From Balanoglossus misakiensis (Eukaryota > Animalia > Hemichordata): 64,000 nucleotides of DNA. Below are positions 50,301-62,300 of this stretch, piece by piece. The stretch lies in the NCBI GenBank assembly GCA_040954595.2, contig CM082581.2, positions 8,417,413 to 8,481,412 on the forward strand, given 5' to 3'. The notes beneath the pieces are model-generated. The model did no database searches and had not been told where the DNA came from. It saw only the letters and a list, made by a program, of their open reading frames with translations. Positions within the stretch are counted from its first letter, which is position 1, and every line of letters begins with the position of its first letter. A program made the position numbers and the translations under genes.

Positions 50301-53300
50301 AATCAAGCCGACACCTCACAAGAAAGGCAAAGAATTCGGCAGATGAGTCAACCACAAAAACATGCTTGACCCACAAAGGGCACTCACCTTTAGACTGATT
50401 TTGATGATTCCCGTTAGCACAGACACTTTAGAGAACTCCACTGGGCTGAAAATCTCAATCCTCTCGGAAAAGAGTTTTTGGATGTTACTTAGGAGACTTG
50501 TATCCATGGTACTGAAAGAGACAAACATTGCATCATTAAAAAAATTGACAATGACATTAAGAAGGACTGAAAGTTGTCCAAGCCAAATTGTACTTACTTT
50601 GAAGGGGCGTAGTTGACCTGTCTCGACTTCTGCCTGGCTGCACTGAAGCTAAAGGTCCTTCTGCTGGAATCACTGCTATGAGCTTTGCGAGTCCCTTCCT
50701 CATACAAGAACCCGACCTGGCTATCGATGGACGTGATGTCTTCAACCACCCGCTTCATGACGGCCCGCACGTTTCGCGGCTCTATGGTGTTCAGCCAATC
50801 ACGGGTCTCCACACTCTTCCTCAACATCTGTTGGTCGAATTCGTAACAATGCAAGACGTTTATCACAAAAGTATGGAAAAGGCCATTCAAAATGATCTTG
50901 TTTATTGAATTTGCATGTAAAATCCAATTGAGAAAGATGTTAATGAAAATTTGCAAACCTGGTCAGCAAAACTGCTTTTATGCAAATAAGCAAATGCCTC
51001 ACCTGAGAGATGGTCAACCCTTGAAATTTGACATAGTGATTGAGCAGTTTCTGGGCAGTGTTCTTGGCTTCATTACTGATCTCTGTCAGTGACGTCACTT
51101 TGGATTTGTCATCAACCAAGAACTGTTCATCTGTACAAGAAAGCTGTAGGAAGAAATAACTTTTAATGTATGTGTAGATGAGGGAATTCAAGGTTGAATA
51201 ACAATGCTTTATTTATACACCAAAGCCTTTTATTTCAAAATTCATGTTTGAGTATTTACTATGAAATACCGTACATAAATGAGGCTACTCACCAGATAAC
51301 CAATGGTAGATGTCCCGAAGTCCTGAAGTAACCTTGACAACAATAACAAGAGAGCTGGGGGTGCCGAACTCTTGTCTCCACTGCCATCACACAAATCCTG
51401 AGAAAGGAGAAAAATGTTGAAATGCTTGATGTCCGGAATATTCTTCTTTGATAACAGGTCATCTAACAAAGTCAGACAGCACAGGGAATAACCAGTATGA
51501 CTGAATCAATACATGTTTCAAGTTGTACTTTCAGTCAGTAGCCAACTTATATGCAGTGGTATGAACCACCACAAGGATTAATAGCGAGATGATTGGGATA
51601 GTGACACACACACATACATGTACACAGACACTCACCTGTGCAACTTGATTGATGTGTTGCAAGAAACCAACCACTAATCCTTCTCTGACGTCCCGAGTAC
51701 AGAACAATCCACGGAAATACGGTGCGTGTGCAAAGGTTATGTCATTGGCGATGAATGCCTGATAAGATAACAAGATTGTGTATAAATTCAACACCACTGC
51801 TTGGATTAATTTCACTGTTTCCAATGATATACATGCACTTCAAATGATAATTGAAGTGGAGAGGTTGTAAGACAAATATATCCAAAACAGTGCAATGTAC
51901 ACAGCGACATCATCAGCTGGATACTGAGAAACAGTGTACAAACCTGAAGGTTTGCCAGGACTTGTTTCAGATAGTCCAGAATCGCCGTGGCTGTTGTGTT
52001 GAGCACGTCTGATAGATTGGCCGAGTCTTGCTTAGCGACCAGTCTCGGTGCAACTAATGTCTGTCTGGCATCTGTCAGTGTATCTGAAAGATGGATATCA
52101 TTCAAATCGTTTGAGGTAACCATGATGTGAATCAGAAAGTGTTGTTACAATTTGGAGGAACAACAGTCTTCATGGATATTAGTATGTATATATTGTGACT
52201 CTCTCTGGGCATTTTACAATCAAAAATGTCACAAAATAATAAAGTTGGGTACTGATATGAACGCTGCCGGGGGTATCTTACCTGCAAAATGTTGTTGTAG
52301 CTTCTTGGTATAGTGATCCACTCTGTCCTTGGCAGCTTTGGATACGATTTCTGTTCCTTTATCCATGATGTTACACTCGGGCAATAATCGGTTTATCGCT
52401 TGCAAGCGGCGATGAAATCTGTCTAACGCCCTCACCAGGATTGTGTTCTCGCCGGTTTCTTTCTGAAAACAGAAAATCCATGGATTGCTTTCACAGTGGA
52501 TCATGAACGCCCTGATTTCATGTATTAATTGGCAATTTCGTTAATATTAATGTACAATCATCATTATGACTGGATCAAAGTCAAGAAATGCCAATATAGC
52601 TGATGCATTCAACTTGACAACTTGAACAACTCTCTCTGCACATACCTCTAACTCAACCCTTTCCCGGATGTATTGGAAATACAGGTCCATCCTGGAATTG
52701 ACAAACTTTCCGAGTTTGATGTGGGCGATTCTCTCCAACTCCTGCTGGTTGCAATCCCTGTTGAGATAGAAATGCACAGGAAGTCATTCCGTCACTTAAA
52801 TACTTTGAGTCATTGCTTTGGGTTCTCGTGATTATACACATGTAATATTTTTCATTTCTGTCCAATACAAATATCCATCCTACATCCAAATTATTTAGTT
52901 TGCCTTGTGATACGAACCCTGTAAAATGAGACATTACAACTTTTATTGTCTGGTAGCAATACTTACTGTGTTGCTTGTCTGTTCACGAACAATTCTTTGT
53001 ACGATGCAATGACCAAGCACATGTTACTGAGGAATGTATTACAGCTATGATCGATGTATTCTAATATATCCTGCCAAGAAAGAAAAAAGCAAGCTTTAGT
53101 GTAAAGGGACTGAGCAGTTTGGTCTAAAGCTCCCTCTGTCAGTATGGTTCAATATTGACTGTTGTCATCAGACAATAGCAACAGTCCTTGCTACTTACCA
53201 TGGGTATATTTCTCAGTGCTTGTTCTATCGTCTCGCTGTCTGTTGTTGGCAGGCTTGTGGAACTGGTTGTATTTACCCGAAGCTGAGTTTCCATTACAGA

Positions 53301-55349
53301 TAAGTCTTCATCTAACTTTTGTTGTGAACTTATACAAAGAGAAAAAATAATGGTGTGAGCTTTGCAAAGACTGAGAAACATGAGTAAATATATAGTTCTA
53401 TCTCATCATGACTCACATATCTAGGATGGAAATTTACTCACTGTGTAAGAAACTCATCACACAACTCATCTGGTGGTTCTTTCAGTTGCAATAACAAATC
53501 TACACACTCGGTTAGTAGTTTGGGAGTTGACTGAAAAAAGAACAGAAAGTCATTACCATGCTATACAGTACATGTGCATGTACACTTTGGTTTGGAAACT
53601 CTATTGTTCAAGAGGTGTGACTACCTGAAATGGTTCTATCACTTACATCATTGTCTCTGAACTGCTCTCGTAGCTGCGTCCTCAACTCAGCAATGATCTC
53701 ATTGCAGTCTTCCTGAATTGCGTGGAATGACGGCATGTGTTGGTACTGGTGTAATACAGCCCTGGCCTTTGTGTAATACCTCACTGCCTGACTGTACGAC
53801 TTCATCTCGATGCATTTCTTCAGTCTTGCCGGTAACTCAAAGAGAAATTGAAGCTGTCAAGACATCAAAACATTTGAATTATTGACCGGATCTTTTCACA
53901 GATTTCATACATTTCTTGTTTTACTGAAAAAGATTATTTTGCTACCTGTAGAAAGGTAAGTTTTCTGTATCTCACCTTTTTCAGTAAAGAATGGACCCCG
54001 CTTAATTTATTTATTTGTTGTCGTCTGTCTTGCAGTGTGTTGCTGATACTAGCACTGAACTCCGTAATAGCAGCCATGTTGGTCACCAGGCCATCCATCT
54101 CATCTTCCATCTTTTTGAAGTCATTTTTCATCTGTGGACATATAAAGTAAAAAGATGCAACTTGTGTAGAGAGGGTTCAACTGTCATAATCAGAAGAGTA
54201 ATACATTATTACATGCAGTCATAAATCTTCACTTGGTTCTAGATTATTTTGTATTCTTGGGGTTTTCTGTGATCATTTAAGGCAAAATTGGCCCAGGTTA
54301 TACTTCATTAACAATCCTCCTTGTAACAGACTTACAGTCCAGTAACATTTATTTACCTTTCTGATGGTATCAGTAGCACTGATGAACTTGTTGTAGTTTT
54401 CATAGACCAGTGTCTGCATGTCACTGTCAAGGGCTTTTATCTCTGTGAAAATACAATAAAAACCCATCAAATAACCTTAGGAAAGATATATTTGCTTGAA
54501 ATGTTTAACGCGGACTGGGGTTAGCAATAGTAATGTGGAATAAGTAAACAAAAATTTGACAGCAGATGTCACCATGGTTACAGAACACAAAGTTGTTATA
54601 GTATGAAACAATTTGTGAGTACTATGTACTTACGCTTGACCATGTCACTCTCTCTGTCCATTAGGTCTGTTAATCTCTGCTCCTTGACCAACTTGTCCAG
54701 GTAAATCTCTGGTTTGAAATGAGCTCCATTGATGTCACAAGGATCCAGATTTCCCTGGCCCTTCTCATCATCCATTCCATAGTACAATTTCAACATTCCG
54801 TGTTTCCGACGTGTCCGTTCCATTTCCATCTCTGGGTTACAAGACAAAATAAACACGTATGTATTGCGGCTAAGTGTTCAGTATAGAGACAGGGCCAGGG
54901 TTCAGTTTAGATAACCATAAGTACGAAGTCTGCAAAGGGGGCGTGGCAAGTGTGGGCGTGGCACATTACTGTCAATGCAATGGTCAGCTTGCAAACCTAA
55001 AGGCTTAACTTCAGACACATCATTAACACTGTACATTCTAGAGTTCAATAACCAGAAACATCTAACTACGCCTCCTCCCCATGTCATTTTCAAGCAGCGA
55101 TCGTTTTACGGGTCTGTGCATCAAAATGAACAACACGTTACTCAACAGTGTACATAAAATATTGTCGAGGGGCATAACGCATGATATCTCGTACTTGAGG
55201 CTGTCTGTTGTATTGAATAAAGAGTGGAAAAGATGTTAAATTCAATGCCCATGTCCAGACAATGTCAATACCGACAATCTGATCAAAAGAGTAAAGATAC
55301 GAGGGAAAATAACAAATAAGTCAATATTACCTTTACCGGAGGCCGCCAT
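41337..55349 (-). CDS. VPS51: VPS51 (GARP/EARP subunit), about 19 exons
   Basis: ATG 55349 (MAASGK|E); motifs [105 protein letters not shown] (46267-46155), LLDEIVGSA (44093-44015), VIEVICDRG* (41366-41337). Confidence 0.97.
45097..45175 (+). repeat. Three TTTGAAT.AG.CAATC units at 30-bp spacing
   Basis: Units start at 45097, 45127 and 45157; each has TTTGAA followed by a (C/T)CAAT box. Confidence 0.7.
47425..47501 (+). mobile_element. MITE-like copy (VPS51 intron)
   Basis: GGTCCAACTTAACCATAGAAAACAATGGATTTGGA...ATGGTGGTGAAAGGGCTAA. Confidence 0.75.
48791..48886 (-). mobile_element. MITE-like copy, inverted
   Basis: TTAACCCTCTCA...TTTCTATGGTATGGTTGGACC...GGGGTGAAAGAGTCA is the reverse complement of the family core. 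Confidence 0.65.
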
Positions 55350-56314
55350 CTTTGACGACGATACAGGAAGTGAGGTAATCCCACAATGCACCAGACACAT
55401 CAGTGGCCATAGTCGCCGGATGGGATACCATGGGTGGTAAATGATGATAATTTAGAGTGAAAATCAAGAATTTAGAGGTAAGTGTGAATTGGGACAGATA
55501 CCAGGATGCCGGGCCAACGGTTTGTGTCGCCGAAAATGTTGATTTACTGTGTTGTGAGGCTTGATTTATGAAACACGATCCATCATCACGAACAAGTATT
55601 TGGCTGTACATTACCAATGGCATTACCAATGTAATGTATTCCCCAATCATGACTGTCTGTGCAGTGACATTCAATGTTCATTCACGTCCGATCGCCAAAA
55701 ATCGCAACCTGTGTGATCCTAAGAGCGTCAACCGCCTATGTCGTACTTTTGAATGACGCCAGCTACTTGGTAGTCGATCACCAGTGTCGATCATGATCAT
55801 GTCAGTGACATCATGTCTGTGTTTTACAATGTACACACTCTATTGGAAATAGACATAGACTGGGGATTTACACTGCCAGGGGCCCCTATTATGTACTCGG
55901 TAAATAATGCCACAATATGCAACAACTGCAAAATGAAATTGTTTTGCCCAGTCGTTGGTCGGAACATATGTTGTGGTACATGTCATCATCATGTTTACTT
56001 TTGCTGTCATTGAAAAGTGGGCGTTGGCATCAGGAGGTGCAGAAATAATAATATTTTGATATTTTCAACAATAATTTTCATATTTACAGTCAGTGATCAC
56101 ATTACGTAAGTTGTGTCATTAATCTTTATTTTACAATGTGCAGACAAATCTGATGAGAATTATTGTGTTAAACAAATACATGTATAGTGGAAATCAGTGG
56201 GAGGTAATTATTTATAGGTAATATATAGCCAATGTAAATTGTAATTAATGTTGCATTTATCATGTTACTGTGTACTATAATTTCAGGTAGCAGTATTGGT
56301 GATTTCATTGCAAG

Positions 56315-59300
56315 ATGTCTGTCAAGGTTGGAAGCCGTGTAGAAGTGATTGGTAAAGGTCTACTGGGCAAAATAGCCTATGTAGGCACAACACAATTTGC
56401 AAGGTACATATAAAACTATAAAGTGGTTTAGATTTCAATTAACATGCAGAGAAAAGACAGTTTTCTATTACCTGCAATACTGTGACATGAATCATGAAAT
56501 TGAAGTTTTGCTCATTTTTTCAGTCACAAGTGAATTAGATTCCAAGCTGATGAAATGTACATTGAAAGTATTGAAGGTGATGGTCATTTTTTTTGTCGAT
56601 TTTGACAGTGGCAAATGGATTGGTATTGTTCTGGACGATGCTAAGGGTAAAAACAACGGGACAGTGCAGGGCAAGAGGTACTTCAACTGTCCAGATAACC
56701 ATGGGATCTTTGTGAGGCAATCACAGGTAGGTTTGAATTAACCAAGGAAAATAACAAATATTGTCTAGCTGATCCTGTATACAGCAGTGTGTTTTATCTA
56801 CCCTAATATCTCGTTTCTCACAGATCAATATATTGGAAGAAGGCAGTCTTTCTCCGTCACCGTCACCATCGCCCTCACCATCACCCACACCGACTCCCAC
56901 TCCGGAACCAGCAAGGGCTAGGCCAACAAGTCTAAGAGTTGTCGGTAAGATCAACATCTAAAACTCTTTTTTCCCCTTCAATAACTTATGAATCAAGATC
57001 AAGAGAATTACATTGTTGTATTTTATACTGAAATATACCGAACATCATCAGCTGTTAGACTATGCAAACAAAAATCATGACAAATTAAATATGTCAGTTT
57101 TCATGCAGTTTTTTAAAGTGAGCAAATATAAAGAAAATAGATTGTAGGATTTCCTTCATTTGTACTTGTTGGTTCATTTTCTGTGTGGAAGATGATCTGT
57201 TGAAAGTTGAATGAAAGTTTCCTTTTTCAGCCAGTCTGTCTACATATTGCCGATTAGCATCAGGATTGGATTGAGCATCTGTACCTCTCTGTATGATTTT
57301 ACGTCATCCAGTGGATGCAGATGCTGTTTGTTTGCACAGATGTTGTGCCAAGTGTTCCCGCATTGCCTTGCCAGCCTAACCGCATCTGATATATGCTCTG
57401 TCGGTTTATCCCCCCCCCACCAACTCACACTGGTTGTTGTTTTTACCCTCCCGGTCTCGTCTTGAGGTTTGTGTGGTGTGGCGCTGGACTAGCACAACAT
57501 GGTGGCTTTGCTGACTAAAGTAAAAAGGGATATTTTTCTTGGGAGGGAGTCTCGTTTAAGGAATTGCAGTGCACTGAGAAGGAAAGGGTGTTTGGTGGTA
57601 GCGAAACCTCACTGTGGACAACCAAAATGAATATGAAAACAAAAACAAAACAATGTCTTGAATGGTTCAAGAAACCGTAACCAGATATTTCATAACACAT
57701 TTGAATGAGGTTTCGCAACCATCTGTGGGTAATAAATGGGTATACCTGGTGGAAATTGTTGCCTTCTCACGTATATTTTTATCTTGACAACTGTTATCCT
57801 TTGCTGTCTCCAGACAAGAGTGGATTGCGACCTAGAAGTAGCAGTATGTACTTTAGTGTTTCCTACCAAGCATTGATATCACAGCTGAGTATCCATCCAC
57901 ATTCAGAAACATCAATCTAATTGCTGATATGCCGACTGTGCTGCTCAGAAACATTTGACAGAATGAGATCATCTCATTAGCAGAAAGAGAAAACAGTAGA
58001 ACAGAAGTCTAATTTCTTTCAGTGGTTGATTTTTGAATGTAAATAGATATGTACTAGTGATAGAAATGCTTGGTAAGCTGTGTATCAAAAGGAATCAGAT
58101 AAAACACTCCATTGCATGAAGTGACTCCAGGTTTAATGCGAGTCATCTGTGTACCAAGGTCAAGGTTAAGGTTAAGGTCATGTCTATGTTGGGCCGAAAT
58201 TATTATGCATGATGCTAATCATACATTGTGCTCATCCCCTCAATACATGTAACCCCTCTCTCCCCTCCCTCCAACAGGTGGACATGGAAAATGGGAATAT
58301 ATCTGTGCTTCCATATATATACAAATTTTGAATGTAACTTCAACAGAAAATATATAATAAATTTCACTGCTGGTGTCAACCTAAAGGCTATTTCAGTATC
58401 TAGTGGAAACTTCATTTGTATGAAAATATGGTATATTGTTATTATCCATGCCTGCTGGCTCCACAACGCCCATACAATATGTAACTCATCAGAATATATG
58501 CATCAGTACTAATTGAATATTTTATACGCCATGCACTAACCATGCAATGTCCTATATCATTTAAATGCATTCACCTCATCAAGCTTTGATGTGTGCTTGT
58601 GTCTAACAAGTTATACTGTAATGTGTCCATGATGTTGGTATCAGAAAAAATTGTTGATTTCATCTAAGCTGTCTATCGGTGTTCTCTATCCATAGACAAA
58701 GGTGGCATCCCAGCTCCCAAGGAGGTCCCTGCTCAACAGGTGAGTTTGAAAACATGAAATTCGTTGAAAATCAGAGTGTCAAATCCAGATTTTAAATGGA
58801 ATACATGAAATTTAAGTACATGAGGTTGATTTGCCACATGTGCTCTCTTTCCAAAGCCTGTTACTGTCACTGTTCCATCTCAGACCAAAGTTGCAGCCCC
58901 GGCTCCAGCTCCAGCTCCAGCTCCAGCCCCAGCAGCTGCTGCACCACCCGCTGCACCACCAGCACAACCCGCAGTGCAGGCAGGCAAAGGTGCCAGCGAT
59001 TCCAAGGTCTTGGAGCTGCAGCTGGAGAATGTGAAACAGCAGCAAGAGATCGACGGGCTGAAGCTGGACGTCCGCGATCTCAACGAGAAACTGGAAACTC
59101 TGAAAGTGAAAAGAGCAGAGGACAAGATGAAACTCAAAGAGGCGGAAAAACTGAAGATTCAGCTACAGCAGGTGAGAGAATGTGATGTCTTCTGCTTAAA
59201 TGTGAAACTGCCCTACATTAACTTTACTATATTGTATGTGATGTGTCTCATTTTCAGAATTTGATTGATGTTTTAATGAAACATTTTTGCTGTAATTTTT

Positions 59301-62300
59301 CCCCCAGTTGCATGAATACAAATCCAAGATGAGTGAAGCACAATCTGACTTGATGAGACAATTACAGGAAGCCAAGAGGGTATGTATGAGATAATTTGTG
59401 GGCAGCTGGAATTGCCATGATGAAGTCTCACTGTCTATGAGACAGTTGTACAGAATATGAGACAGTTACATGTATTTATCCGCCTGTTGTGTTGTGCAGG
59501 AAGCCAAAGAAGCCATGGAAGAAAAAGACAGAGTCTTGGAAGAGACTGCGGATGTGCATGAAACCATTGAGATGGCCACTTTGGATAAAGAAATGGCCGA
59601 GGAAAAGGTATCTATTATTTGACAGTTATATGTTCTGTTTTTAAACGCAAACAGTAATAGTATTTGGAATTTCTAAGTTCACTGAGTGTGTCTGCATGCA
59701 TTGTGAGTGGTGATTCTGCATTATTTGTTTTTCTTTGACAGTCTGACAGCTTGCAGAAGGAAATCGAGGACTTGAAGGATCAGCTGGAAGAAGCCACAAC
59801 TGAGCTGGAGATTATCAAGAGTGAATTGGAAGAAGGAGGTATGTTCAGGTGGTCTTGTCTTGTTTTTAATTGGACTTCTTACTTCAAATCCACTGCAGCT
59901 AAGATTGTTGACTGATGTTGTGTGCACACGCCATGGAAGATTAAAACAGCCATGTTGTCCTTTCTTCTCCAAACCCAGGCACTGAAGGAGTCGCCACCAG
60001 CTATCAGATGAAGCAGATGGAACAGCAGAGCCAGCGGTTGAAGGAAGCGCTGGTCAAGTATGCAAATATATTACATACATATTCATACATTTAGATACTT
60101 ATTGACAGTTACCGATTGATTGAATTGTCTTCATGAAAACAGATACAGGTGTACTGTTCACCTCAGTGTAAAAGCAGTTTGATAAGTTTCTTCTCAACTT
60201 AGTAGGGGAAAAATCTTGTAAGATTTCACAGAAAGTGTCTCCCCCTGCAGGATGCGAGATCTGTCTTCACAAGAAAAACAAGAATACCAGAAGTTGTTGA
60301 AGGAGAAGGAGAAATTGTCGCTGGACTTCAAAGATGCTAAGAACTCCAAAGATAGGCTCTCTAAAGAGCTGAAGGTAATTCGCATTCAGTGATATTCTTC
60401 GGCTGAGTATAATTCTGTGTAAAACTCTCCCAAAGTCTTTTCAGAAAGCATAAAATGCAAATAATCTTTTTCATTCATGTTAGCTGTAATTTACTGATAT
60501 GAAAATGTGTTTTACTCTGTCCAATTATTTCTTCTGAATGTTGTTTTATCTGTTTTGTTTATTTACAGGAAGCTGAAAATCAGCTGATTGAACTGCAGGA
60601 ACAGGTAAGACTTCACTGCATAATTCTTTCGCCCCAAAGATTCCTGTATATGAGTCAAATCTTAACCACTCTAAATACTGGCTGAAATTTTCTTTGCACT
60701 TCGTAGGTTGATGCGGCCCTGGGTGCAGAACAGATGGTGGAGACTCTGACCGACAGAAACCTGGAACTTGAAGACAAAGTCCAGGAGCTTCAGCAGACGG
60801 TTGATGATCTGGTAAGTGGCCCTGTGCACAGGGTACTCATGACAAACCACTTCTAGCTGGGAAGTTGTCTTTTATGCAGAAATTGTGGGTTTGGAAATAA
60901 GAGAGTTGGTGCCTTTTATGAAATAAAAATTGCTTTCAAGTGTAAGCATGTTTCTTGGTTTTATGACAGAGTATTCCTGATGGAAATACAATAAAATGCA
61001 AGGATGTATTCTTGTTCATCACAGGAGCAACTTGCAGACATGAATGAAGAACTTCAGGAGAGCGCCCGAGACAGCGAGATTGAACTCCGAGAAGAGATTG
61101 ACATGGCCAACGCCCGAGTCACGGAGGCCAACAGGAAGTTTGAGGCGTCCCAGGAAACCGTCGCCGATCTGCAAGTCACCATCAACAAATTCCGTGAACT
61201 CACCACTCAGCTACAGGTGAGGATAAACTCAAATTTTCATGGAAAACTTCCATTGTTTGCAAATTCTGGAGTTGTTTGCAGCTCATTGTGTTTCTTGTAA
61301 TTATTCACAGGACAAGAACCGCGAACTCCGAAGTAAGCAGATGGAATCGGAATCAGCACAAGACCTGTTGTCTCCGGAGCAGCCGCAGTTTGATTTCAAA
61401 GTCAAGTTTGCGGAGACCCAAGCTCACACCAAGGTCAGGGTTCACAGTTCATTTGATCCTTTCATAAATTCAGACACACGTAGTGTAATATCGTGTTATA
61501 CAAAATGTATGACATCCTTTCATGCTGGGACAGAAAGCATATACCCAGACCCAAAAGCCTCTCACTGTAACATTGCTATGTGGGTTGGTTGATTGTCTTC
61601 ACAGGCTATCGAGATGGAACTGAGGAAATTAGAAGTGCAGCAAGCCAACCAACACATCAAGTACCTGTGTTCATTTATGCCTGATGCATTCCTGAGGAGG
61701 GGAGGTAGGGTAGCATTTTAGTGTTTGTGTGGTGTGTCTGTGTGTGCCCAGACAGAATCCCATATTAGAGTCTAAGTGCAAAACAGTGTCATCAATGATC
61801 AACCAATGAGAAACCGCAATGCAAGATTTATGCAAAAATCTGAACCAATAGCCATTCAGCTTCTTCGCTGTGCACATGTCACAAATTTTGGATTTCTTTC
61901 CACTTGCTGACAGGTGACTACGACTGCATGCAGGTTCTGTTACTCATCCCAAGATTAATCGCCAAGGGTGAACTGCTTATCACACAGCTCAAAGACAAGG
62001 TAAAAAAAAACAATACTTAACAATGTACCATCTAACAGTGGAACATTTACTCCCTTTGACAATTCAATGTACCAATATAAAGATTAAAATATATCATTTA
62101 TCTGTTGGATGTCTTGCAGAGTGAAGTTCCTGAGACGTTAGACCGTGAGAAAGTTGTGAAAACCCACAAAGCTGAACAGATTGCTTTCTACAACTATCTG
62201 ATTTATTTGTTGATGCAACTGCAAGCTATACTGCACAGATATGAAAGGTGAGTGCTGTGTTTATGAAAGAATCAGGCAATCATATCGATAGATGGGGTAG

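Noticed and set aside
10780-57420. Poly-C/poly-G runs (about 10780, 27076, 28941, 33479, 41866, 49742, 57410) and (GGT)n at 36541
   Set aside because: Ordinary simple repeats with no supporting context.
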